Assembly (NCBI GenBank): GCA_016187205.1
Contig: JACPKE010000004.1
Coordinates: forward strand, 1 to 37,926
From: Candidatus Brennerbacteria bacterium
GTDB taxonomy: Bacteria; Patescibacteriota; Minisyncoccia; UBA6257; JACPKE01
Direction: 5' to 3'
Length of the DNA stretch: 37,926 nt
The notes under the pieces are model-generated. The model was given only the letters and a program-made list of their open reading frames with translations. It was not told the DNA's origin and made no database searches. Made by a program: the position numbers and the translations under genes. The stretch's first letter is position 1; each line of letters begins with the position of its first letter. This document shows, piece after piece, positions 16,274 to 23,889 of the stretch.

Positions 16274-17572
16274 ATGGAATCAACAAAACAAGTAAAATTT
16301 ATTATCGTCGTTGGGCTTCAAATCTTTGTTCTTTTCGCGATAATTATTTATAAAACCGCGATTCTCGCGAGCGGAACGGACATTGTATTAAAGCTTCAGC
16401 CAGTAGATCCAAAAGATTTTTTGCGGGGCGACTATGTCAGTTTGCGCTACGACATTAATAACATTGACTTAAATAAAATCTCGGTTGAAGGGGAAAAAAG
16501 TTTTAAAACAGGAGAAAACATTTATGTCAGTCTTAAAAAAGAACAAGATTATTTTTCTGCGGAAAAAGCCAACCATCAAAAACCAATGAGTAATTATTTT
16601 ATTAAAGGGATGGTTAGCAGGGGCGGTGACGGCGCTATTTCTGTTCAGTATGGCATTGAATCTTATTTTATGCCCGAAGGGAATGCCCGCGATCTTGAAC
16701 AGCTTACTTTTGGAAGGCAAAATAATACTCTTCTTGTTGGAGTAAAAGTTGACCGTTCCGGCAATGCTTTAATCAATAAAATAATTATTGCCGGCAAGGA
16801 AATTGACGCGTCTAATTTTAGAGAAGTTGCATCAAGTGTGGAATATTACAGAAACCAATCCCTTGGGAATGTGGAGGTTGCCTCAAGAGACGCGAAGCGC
16901 CAGGCAGATATACGGCAATTTGTTACCGCTATGGAGCTTTGCTACGACAGTACTGATTGCGGCGAAGGAACTAAAAAATATTTGACAAGCGCGACGATGC
17001 CAACAAGTATTGATATTGATAACAGTCCTATATTGTTTCAGAAGATACCGTCCGATTCATCAAGGAATACCCCTTATAACTGGATTAGTAATTTAGGTAA
17101 AGATTATGGGTATTGCGTATACGCTGTTTCAGAAAGTTTCCCTGCGACTTATTATATTGGATCGTCAAAGGGGTATAAAACAGAAACTATAGAACCAAAG
17201 ACACTAGAGGACTGCGGAGTTAAAAAATCTATTGCTCTTGTGGGTGGCTACATTTTTATTGATAGTAACAAAAATGAAGTTTTTGATAAGGGGGATGGTC
17301 TCTTTCAAGATATCAATGTAAGTTTAAGTAAGGCGGAAATTCTGAAAACTGGTGGTGGATTTACAAAGGGAACATTAAATCAGGTTAAACCTGATGCAAA
17401 AGGATATTATCAATTCGAGATTTTTGACGCGGGGAACTATAAAATTAGCCCGATATTAATTTCTAGATCCATAGGAGCGGGTACTAGTGGTAGCAGTAAG
17501 GATAAGGGATATTTTGAAATCAAAGGGGGTGAGAAAATTAACAATTATAATTTCTTTATTTTCTTCTATTAA
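16274..17572 (+). CDS. GDYXXLXY-domain protein fused to a pilin-like segment and a CnaB/SdrD-B-like domain
   Basis: N-terminal TM helix, then LQPVDPKDFLRGDYVSLRY...YGIESYFMPEG (GDYXXLXY family signature). A mid-region SRDAKRQADIRQFVTAMELCYD resembles the segment following the hydrophobic helix of type IV pilins. The C-terminal GGYIFIDSNKNEVFDKGDG..INVSL....GYYQFEIFDAGNYKI resembles CnaB/SdrD B repeats. Confidence 0.7.
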   Translation: MESTKQVKFIIVVGLQIFVLFAIIIYKTAILASGTDIVLKLQPVDPKDFLRGDYVSLRYDINNIDLNKISVEGEKSFKTGENIYVSLKKEQDYFSAEKANHQKPMSNYFIKGMVSRGGDGAISVQYGIESYFMPEGNARDLEQLTFGRQNNTLLVGVKVDRSGNALINKIIIAGKEIDASNFREVASSVEYYRNQSLGNVEVASRDAKRQADIRQFVTAMELCYDSTDCGEGTKKYLTSATMPTSIDIDNSPILFQKIPSDSSRNTPYNWISNLGKDYGYCVYAVSESFPATYYIGSSKGYKTETIEPKTLEDCGVKKSIALVGGYIFIDSNKNEVFDKGDGLFQDINVSLSKAEILKTGGGFTKGTLNQVKPDAKGYYQFEIFDAGNYKISPILISRSIGAGTSGSSKDKGYFEIKGGEKINNYNFFIFFY

Positions 17573-17632
17573 ATTGCGGGGAAAATTACTAACTATAATT
17601 TCGCCGTGCAGTTTTAAGAAAATTTCTCAGGA

Positions 17633-18673
17633 ATGAAAACTCAATTTATTAAGATACTCATTTTTTTATTTTTGGGTTTGATTTTGGTTTCATTACCGTT
17701 TGTTATAAAATATTTGTTTAAAGTAAAACAATCTGCAAATCTTAAAAATGAGGTTATGATAACCGAAACGAGTCCTGAACAGGAAAAACTCTTTGGCGAA
17801 GACAATGTTAAAAAGGAAGCAATTTTAGAAAAAAATGAAATAAATAAAGATAAAAGCGAGAAGTTGGTGGAACCAATCATCAAAAAAGAGGTGATTTTTA
17901 AGACAGCGCTACAAAACAATATCAAGAAAGTTATAATTATTGAAGTTGCGTTATTTGACACAAAATATGCAGATAATACTAATTATATAGACAAAACTTT
18001 TCTTGAGTTAGTTAATGCGCCGACGGCGTATTCTATTGTAAAAGGAGCCGGTGGGCAGGAATTGAGATTTGATTCTTTGCACGGTATCGACGACTGGTTT
18101 GCGCAAGAGTATAAAAGAATTACTGGTTATGAAAAAGAAGTTTTTGATATAAAAATCGTAGGACCCTTTAGCGTGTCGGAGCAACCTCCTCATAAACGGA
18201 TGAATGATTCCTGCTTAATTCTCCAGCCATATTTTCAAAGGGTTGCGATTGACAACGGTGTAGATATTTCAAAATACGACATTGCCGCGTTTGTCTTTTT
18301 TGATGATTTTACGCGAATAACGCCAGATCGTTTAGAGCAAAGCTTTTGGTCATGCCAAACAAGCGGCTCGTCTTATAATATGGTTTTTGTTGATTTCAAT
18401 GTCGCCTTTTTTTCAGGAATTAGCGTGGGGTTTATAGATTTAGCGCATGAATTATTTCATGGTTTAGGCGCTTATGACACATATGATGGTTGGAGATGCA
18501 TTGAACCCGATGGCATTCCTGAGCCGAATAAAGAGCCTAAATATCCCCAAAGTAAAGCTTGTTTAATGTGCAGAAATATTATGATTGGTGAAAATGCCAG
18601 TAGAGCCACTAACTCTCTTGATGAAGTAATGATTTGCAAGAACGAAGCCAAGGCGGTAAAATGGACGAAGTGA
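17633..18673 (+). CDS. Secreted or anchored putative zinc metalloprotease (HExxH)
   Basis: N-terminal hydrophobic helix (ILIFLFLGLILVSLPFVI), an AHELFHGLGAYDTYD (HExxH) motif and a Cys-rich C-terminal part. I cannot assign a family. Confidence 0.5.
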   Translation: MKTQFIKILIFLFLGLILVSLPFVIKYLFKVKQSANLKNEVMITETSPEQEKLFGEDNVKKEAILEKNEINKDKSEKLVEPIIKKEVIFKTALQNNIKKVIIIEVALFDTKYADNTNYIDKTFLELVNAPTAYSIVKGAGGQELRFDSLHGIDDWFAQEYKRITGYEKEVFDIKIVGPFSVSEQPPHKRMNDSCLILQPYFQRVAIDNGVDISKYDIAAFVFFDDFTRITPDRLEQSFWSCQTSGSSYNMVFVDFNVAFFSGISVGFIDLAHELFHGLGAYDTYDGWRCIEPDGIPEPNKEPKYPQSKACLMCRNIMIGENASRATNSLDEVMICKNEAKAVKWTK

Positions 18674-18733
18674 TAACGAAAAATAATCCCGCAAGAAAAG
18701 TTATTTAAACAATTCGGTTTTTATAATTTAAAA

Positions 18734-18970
18734 ATGGTTAAAAAATTATTCACAATCGAAGGAATGCATTGCGGCGCTTGCGCCGCCGGCATTGAGAAAG
18801 GTTCCGGCGACGTTTTAAAAAAAACAGCTGGTAAAATCAGCAGGGAAGACATCAGGAAAATAGCCGAACGCAAAATGATTGATTTGAATACCGATAATGT
18901 TGAAGAGGCGGAAAAAATAATCGCCGGCACCGCAAAATCAATGGGGATTGAGGTTATGGATTATTTTTAA
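18734..18970 (+). CDS. Chimeric ORF: HMA-like N-terminal fragment fused to a second copy of the L11 C-terminal domain
   Basis: [16 protein letters not shown] carries the GMxCxxC heavy-metal-associated signature. It is followed by [60 protein letters not shown], which corresponds to L11 residues from about 84 to the end. The last 113 bp are near-identical to rplK. It may be a pseudogene. Confidence 0.45.
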   Translation: MVKKLFTIEGMHCGACAAGIEKGSGDVLKKTAGKISREDIRKIAERKMIDLNTDNVEEAEKIIAGTAKSMGIEVMDYF

Positions 18971-19002
18971 TCCAGTTTTTTGTTAATTGAATATTGGGTT
19001 AA

Positions 19003-19011
19003 TGTTATAAT
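19003..19011 (+). promoter_or_regulatory. Extended -10 element (TGTTATAAT) upstream of the thyX-like gene
   Basis: TGnTATAAT lies 25 nt upstream of the ATG at 19036, with the RBS AAAGGAGA in between. The -35 (TTAATT) is weak. Confidence 0.3.
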
Positions 19012-19035
19012 AAACAGTCAAGAAAGGAGAAAATT

Positions 19036-20715
19036 ATGGAAGAAAGATTGAATAATTTTCAGCAATTATCCGAATTAGGACTGCCTGATTTTCCGGCGGA
19101 AGAATGGAGCGACGAAGAACGTTTTTTGTTGGAACCGTTTTTTACCAATCTTGACGGCCATGTTACGGTGATTCGCAATTTGCCGCCAGAATTGGTAGGC
19201 GCGCTTTGTTCCAAAGCCAGCCGGGCCACCGGTTCTTTGATACGGGTATTTCTTAATGAATATTTAAAGCCGATTTTGCAGGGCGAAGATAAAAAGCTGG
19301 TTAAAGATTTGAAAGCGTTTGTCGCGATGTTTAGAGAATACAGTCCCGATAAAGTTTTGAATAACCAGCTGGCCAGGAAATTTTATGTTAGATGGCTTGC
19401 CGAGTTTGGCGATGATTCAATAGCGCAAATGACCGGCGTCCATGTTAATTTGCTCTATGTTTCACAGGTGGCGATGAAATTTATTGAAGACCAGCGGATG
19501 GGTTTGGAACCGATTGAAAAATCCACAAGATACGTGAATTACGGACAGAAGGTTGGCGGCCGGTATTTGTATTTTATACCGTTTTCTGAGTGGAATACCG
19601 TCTCAGAACTTGATGATAGTAAACTTTATAAAGAAACCCTTGATAATCTTTTCAATGTTTATAACTTGCTCGTGCCAAAGCTAACAGAATGGCTTAAGAA
19701 AAATTATGAAGAAAAATCTTCAGTTCTTGAGAAAAAAGCTTTTGACACGTTAAGAGGTTTATTGCCGATGGCGACTGTCAGTCAGGTTGCTTTTAGGGGC
19801 AATGCCCAGGCCTGGGAATATCTTGTTAATCGCACGGCGCGTTATCCGTTAAATGAGGTTAGGTTAATAAGCTCAGCCATCAGAGAGGAATTAAATTTAG
19901 AAATACCGTCTTTAATGGCAAGACTTGCGGAACCGAAATCGCAATTCTATCAAGCTTATTTGGCCGGAAAACGGGAAAAGGCAAAAAAGATAGCCAAAAC
20001 ATATGAATCATCAACGTTTGTTTACGCCCCTGATGTTGCCTTGATTGAATACGATTCTGACGCCGAAGATAAAATTTTAGCCGGAATTATGTTTCCTTAT
20101 TCCAATGAATGTTGGGGCAATATTATTGAATGGGTTAAGAGTTTGAGTTATAGCGAGAAAGAAAAAATTTTTGATGAGTATTTTACCGCCAGAACCGAAC
20201 GCTGGTATAAAGTATCCAGGGCTTTTGAAAATTCTTATTTGCGTTTTGAGATAGTTGTGAATGCGGGCGCTTACAGGGATTTGCACCGGCATCGGATGCA
20301 GACTCAAGACAGGCAGTATTTTACCATAAATCACGGTTATGATGTGCCGGAGGAGGTTGTTTCCGCCGGAATGGAAAAGGAATTCAGGGCGGCCTTGGAT
20401 TCGGTTAAGCCTTTGTTTGTTATGTTGAATGAAAAATACGGCCCGGAACTGGCTCAATACGTTGTGCCAATGGCTTACAGAATGAGATTTTATCAGTGGC
20501 AGAATTTCCGGCAGTTTTTCTGGGAAAGCGAATTGCGGACTATTTCGCAGGGCCATCCGGATTATCGCATGATTGAACAAATGAAATTCAAACTGGTGAA
20601 AGAAAAGTTTCCTTTATTGGCAAAATATATGAAAGTTGACACAAAAGATTATTTTTTTGCCAGAAGAGGCGTTGAAGAAAAGATTAAGGCAAAGACGGAC
20701 AAGCTGTTAAAGTAA
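19036..20715 (+). CDS. thyX: FAD-dependent thymidylate synthase, tandem-fused (pseudo-dimeric) long form
   Basis: The C-terminal half has YRDLHRHRMQTQDRQY (RHR block) and FFWESELRTISQGHPDYRMIEQ. These parallel T. maritima ThyX RHRIASYNELSGRY and [28 protein letters not shown] as I recall them. The N-terminal half has degenerate equivalents (FIEDQRMGLEPIEKSTRYV and AFRGNAQAWEYLVNRTARYPLNEVR). Confidence 0.75.
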   Translation: MEERLNNFQQLSELGLPDFPAEEWSDEERFLLEPFFTNLDGHVTVIRNLPPELVGALCSKASRATGSLIRVFLNEYLKPILQGEDKKLVKDLKAFVAMFREYSPDKVLNNQLARKFYVRWLAEFGDDSIAQMTGVHVNLLYVSQVAMKFIEDQRMGLEPIEKSTRYVNYGQKVGGRYLYFIPFSEWNTVSELDDSKLYKETLDNLFNVYNLLVPKLTEWLKKNYEEKSSVLEKKAFDTLRGLLPMATVSQVAFRGNAQAWEYLVNRTARYPLNEVRLISSAIREELNLEIPSLMARLAEPKSQFYQAYLAGKREKAKKIAKTYESSTFVYAPDVALIEYDSDAEDKILAGIMFPYSNECWGNIIEWVKSLSYSEKEKIFDEYFTARTERWYKVSRAFENSYLRFEIVVNAGAYRDLHRHRMQTQDRQYFTINHGYDVPEEVVSAGMEKEFRAALDSVKPLFVMLNEKYGPELAQYVVPMAYRMRFYQWQNFRQFFWESELRTISQGHPDYRMIEQMKFKLVKEKFPLLAKYMKVDTKDYFFARRGVEEKIKAKTDKLLK

Positions 20716-20730
20716 TTTTATTTAAAATTT

Positions 20731-20759
20731 AAAAGCCCCATCAATCATTAGGGGCTTTT
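20731..20759. terminator. Bidirectional rho-independent terminator between thyX and folA
   Basis: AAAAGCCCC-ATCAATCATTA-GGGGCTTTT, flanked by A-runs and T-runs, between convergent genes. Confidence 0.7.
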
Positions 20760-20764
20760 GTTTT

Positions 20765-21286
20765 TCATTTTTTTCTCCTTTCCCATGTTTCCAGAGTGAA
20801 TGGGCTTTTGTTTTCTATCGTGTCGCAGCAGTGATGTTGATAGTCCGCAAGCTTCCATTCGTTTTTGTCGTATTCCGGAAAAAATGCATCTCCGTCATCA
20901 ACGATTTTATGAATGCGCGTAATATACATTTTTTTCGCATGCGGCAGAGCGATTTTAAATATTTCTTCGCCGCCGATAACAAAAACTTTTCTTCTTTCTT
21001 TGGCTTTGGCGGCTTTTATCGCTTTTTCCCATGATAAAGCTTGAACGCAATTTTTAGGCATTTTGTAATGCTTTTGTTTAGTCATAACAATTGTTTTCCG
21101 GTTTTTCAATGGATGACCAAGCCGTTTTACTATTGATTCATGAGTTTTTCGACCGCAAATAATAATATGGTTTTTGGTTTTTTGGTGGAAGTATTTCATA
21201 TCCGCTTTAACTTGCCATGGTAAAGTTCCATTACGGCCAATAACGTTGTTATCGGATACCGCAACAATAATTGAGATATTTGTCAT
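20765..21286 (-). CDS. folA: Dihydrofolate reductase
   Basis: MTNISIIVAVSDNNVIGRNGTLPWQVKADMKYFHQKT..IIICGRKTHESI matches the DHFR N-terminal signature. I place the start at the ATG preceded by AGGAGG (21284-21286), not at the ORF-track start at 21436. Confidence 0.9.
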   Translation of the reverse strand: MTNISIIVAVSDNNVIGRNGTLPWQVKADMKYFHQKTKNHIIICGRKTHESIVKRLGHPLKNRKTIVMTKQKHYKMPKNCVQALSWEKAIKAAKAKERRKVFVIGGEEIFKIALPHAKKMYITRIHKIVDDGDAFFPEYDKNEWKLADYQHHCCDTIENKSPFTLETWERRKK

Positions 21287-21434
21287 TATTTTTCCTCCTG
21301 TGATATTTGATTGGTTTAAAAAACTTTTCCAATAATAATTAATAATCGGGTTGCTTGTCAACTGTTTCGGTTTTGTGTTATTTTGGGAACAGTTTTTGTT
21401 TTCACAATTTTGAAATTTTAATAGGAGAAGAAGC

Positions 21435-21998
21435 ATGGAATTAAAACCAGCCAGACTGACTTTTGACGAACTTTTTGATTTGGTTGCTTTATTTTTTGCC
21501 TGCCGTGGAACTTGCGATCGTTTGCGAACATCAACGGTTGTCAGGAGCGATGAAAATGTGTTTATTGCCGCCGGTTATAACGGTTCTTTGCCTGGGTTGC
21601 CTCATTGCGATGAAATCGGCCATTTAATGGTTGATAATCATTGCATGAGAACTAATCATGGCGAGGATAACGCGATATTGAATTGCCTTGACTTGGCAAA
21701 GCTTAACGGCGGGACAGCGACGATTATCGGCAATCCTTGTTATCCCTGCGCCAGAAAACTTATCGGTAAAAAAATTAAAAGACTTCGTTATATAGGAGTT
21801 TATAATAATGCCGCCGGAGGGAATTTGGTTGAAGGGCTTTGCAAAGAAAAAGCCGTTATTATGGAGTTTGTTGATATTAATGAAGTTCTTGCGTCTTTGC
21901 AAAAAGCTTTGGAGTTTCTTCAAGGTCCGGGCGGGCCTTTAAAAGACCTGCCTCAACTTAGTTTGGTATTATTAAATAGAAAAAAGGAGGATAAATAA
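21435..21998 (+). CDS. dCMP deaminase (ComEB-type cytidine/deoxycytidylate deaminase fold)
   Basis: FFACRGTCDRL, AAGYNGSLPG, HC.RTNHGEDNAI (an HxE zinc motif with G in place of the usual A) and PCYPCARKL (PCxxC). Confidence 0.8.
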   Translation: MELKPARLTFDELFDLVALFFACRGTCDRLRTSTVVRSDENVFIAAGYNGSLPGLPHCDEIGHLMVDNHCMRTNHGEDNAILNCLDLAKLNGGTATIIGNPCYPCARKLIGKKIKRLRYIGVYNNAAGGNLVEGLCKEKAVIMEFVDINEVLASLQKALEFLQGPGGPLKDLPQLSLVLLNRKKEDK

Positions 21999-21999
21999 T

Positions 22000-22665
22000 A
22001 TGAAACCTAATCATGATTATCCGGGAAAATTCATAATACTTGAAGGCTGTGAGGGAGCCGGTAAAACAACTCTAATTAAAAGTTTAAAGTTGAATATGCA
22101 AAATTTTGGCTATAAAGTTGTAGCAACTAAAGAGCCGGATTGCGGAACTCCACGGTGTAAGCAAATATGTAAAGATTTATTAAGTCCTGAAAAATCTTTA
22201 ACCGTAGCCGAAGAGCTTGATTTAATGATTGAGTGCCGCAAAGAAAATTTCGGTAAAATCGTTATACCGGCTTTAAAAACCGGCAAGTTTGTTTTATGCG
22301 ACAGAAGTTATCCGTCAACAATCGCTTACCAGCATTATGGCGCCGGTTTTGATTTAACCGAGATTTTAAAAGCCGACGCTATCGCGCGGCAAAATGTAAG
22401 CGCTGATTTAATTTTATTGTTGGATATTGTTGATCCTGTTGCGGGGTTGAAACGCAAAAATATTGAAAGCAGATTTGAAAAAAAGGATATAGAATTTCAT
22501 CAACGAGTTAGAAAAGGTTATTTGCAACAATGGTATGACGACAATGACGGCAACTGGCGGCATATAGACGCCAGTTCTTCGCGTGAAAACGTGAGAGAAA
22601 AAGCTCTGAAAATTGTTTTTGAAACTATTTTAAGAGAAAGGAAGAATAATGCCTCAATCCGTTAA
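22000..22665 (+). CDS. tmk: Thymidylate (dTMP) kinase
   Basis: FIILEGCEGAGKTT P-loop, the DRSYPSTIAYQ motif and a LID-like RFEKKD. Size is typical. Confidence 0.9.
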   Translation: MKPNHDYPGKFIILEGCEGAGKTTLIKSLKLNMQNFGYKVVATKEPDCGTPRCKQICKDLLSPEKSLTVAEELDLMIECRKENFGKIVIPALKTGKFVLCDRSYPSTIAYQHYGAGFDLTEILKADAIARQNVSADLILLLDIVDPVAGLKRKNIESRFEKKDIEFHQRVRKGYLQQWYDDNDGNWRHIDASSSRENVREKALKIVFETILRERKNNASIR

Positions 22666-23107
22666 AAGATATTGCCCGGGCCAAAGCGTCGGAGCGATTA
22701 TCAGAAATAAAAAGGGAGATTTTTTGTGTCTTTTCCGTTTGAAAAAACCAATTGGCTTGGCTTTGCCGGCCGGCCATATAGAAAAAGGCGAAACTCCGGA
22801 ACAGGCGATTAAGCGGGAAGTTTTGGAAGAAACAGGTTTAATGGTTGATAAGGCTGATTTGATCTGGAGAGGTTTTATTGAAAACGAATGTTCGTTAAAA
22901 GACGAAAATGGTTTTTATTACAATGCTCATCAATGGTGGATTTATGACATCAGTGAATGGAGAGGACAGCCGCGGTTGCAAGAGCCTGGCAAGCATAAAT
23001 TCGTTAAATTTATGCCCTTGAATAAAAGAATGATGAAAAAGTTGAAAGGCCAGCCGGTTTTTGATCCGGCCTGGCTGAATATTTTAAAAACTCTGAATAT
23101 TTTTTAA
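22649..23107 (+). CDS. Nudix hydrolase
   Basis: Complete Nudix box GHIEKGETPEQAIKREVLEETGL (Gx5Ex7REUxEExGU). Overlaps the tmk end by 17 nt. Confidence 0.85.
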   Translation: MPQSVKRYCPGQSVGAIIRNKKGDFLCLFRLKKPIGLALPAGHIEKGETPEQAIKREVLEETGLMVDKADLIWRGFIENECSLKDENGFYYNAHQWWIYDISEWRGQPRLQEPGKHKFVKFMPLNKRMMKKLKGQPVFDPAWLNILKTLNIF

Positions 23108-23200
23108 TCTTTTATTTTCTGGAAATTTAATTCCAACAGCAAATCTTCTTCTGTAAAGGTAAGGATGAGATGGATTTTAAGAGAATTGCTAAATAACAAA

Positions 23201-23225
23201 GCGGCTGAAACTACAGCCGCTTTTT
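23201..23225. terminator. Rho-independent terminator between Nudix (+) and the kinase gene (-)
   Basis: GCGGCTG-AAACTA-CAGCCGC followed by TTTTT and preceded by AAA, so it could work in both directions. Confidence 0.65.
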
Positions 23226-23253
23226 ATATTAGTTTTTTCAAGAATGAGGATTT

Positions 23254-23795
23254 TTAAATAATCATTGCAAGATCCAGGCAGATTTTTTGGAAAGTAAGAT
23301 TTTCATTAAGATAAGTTGTGTTTAGGATAATGTCAAAATATTTTTCATCCAGATGATTTTGGATTTTATAAAGTTTACGGTAGCGCATTTTTTCTTCTCT
23401 TAATCTTTCTCTAGAAAGTTCTAGAATTTCATCAAAAGTTTTTTTTGATTTTCTGGTCGGTTCATCTGGCGTCGCGCTCCTTCTTTATCCTCCACTTTTA
23501 AAAGAATATTTATTTTTTTAAAAGAACTTTTTAAAAAAGGCGCCATTCTGCCTTGTATAATCTTGTTGTTTTTGGTGAGCATTAATTCCTCTTGTTCTTG
23601 GTCAATCATTTTTTCAATATCAATTTTATGTTTCAGATTTTTATAAAATTGCGTAATATCGCAATTGTCTCTTTCGGCGAGTTTTTTGAATATCGCGCCA
23701 ATGTTAATGTTCTCATAATCAAGCTCCCGAGCCAGTTTTTCAGCCAGCGTTGATTTGCCGGCTCCGGGATACCCGCTTATAGCTATAATAGCCAT
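23254..23795 (-). pseudogene. Cytidylate-kinase-like (Cytidylate_kin2 / archaeal-type CMP kinase family) gene interrupted by a frameshift at an A8 run
   Basis: N-terminal frame (23421..23795): [22 protein letters not shown] (P-loop), ending shortly after the A8 run (T8 at 23439-23446 on the + strand). The -1 frame stays open for about 60 more codons ([26 protein letters not shown]...DIILNTTYLNE...) down to TAA at 23254-23256, as expected for the C-terminus of this family. Confidence 0.7.
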
Positions 23796-23889
23796 TTTTC
23801 TTCCTTTCATTTTTTTTTCAATGCGGAGTTTTGAACTTTAAATCAGCTTCTGTTAGGATAATAAAAAGATATTAATTTAGCAAATTGTT

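Noticed and set aside
14239-18733. Calling the block after rplK a bona fide integrative element or prophage
   Set aside because: No integrase, recombinase, phage or conjugation gene is present, and the composition looks like the flanks. Only the repeat architecture is suggestive, so I report it as a hypothesis rather than as a mobile-element feature.
20077-20580. 167-aa minus-strand ORF inside the thyX-like gene
   Set aside because: It is antisense to a region carrying the ThyX RHR and C-terminal motifs.
20765-21436. 223-aa version of the folA ORF with a 50-aa N-terminal extension
   Set aside because: The extension (MLLLLLKFQNCENKNC...) is unlike DHFR. An internal ATG preceded by AGGAGG gives a canonical MTNISIIVAV start. 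The extension would also run through the divergent promoter region.
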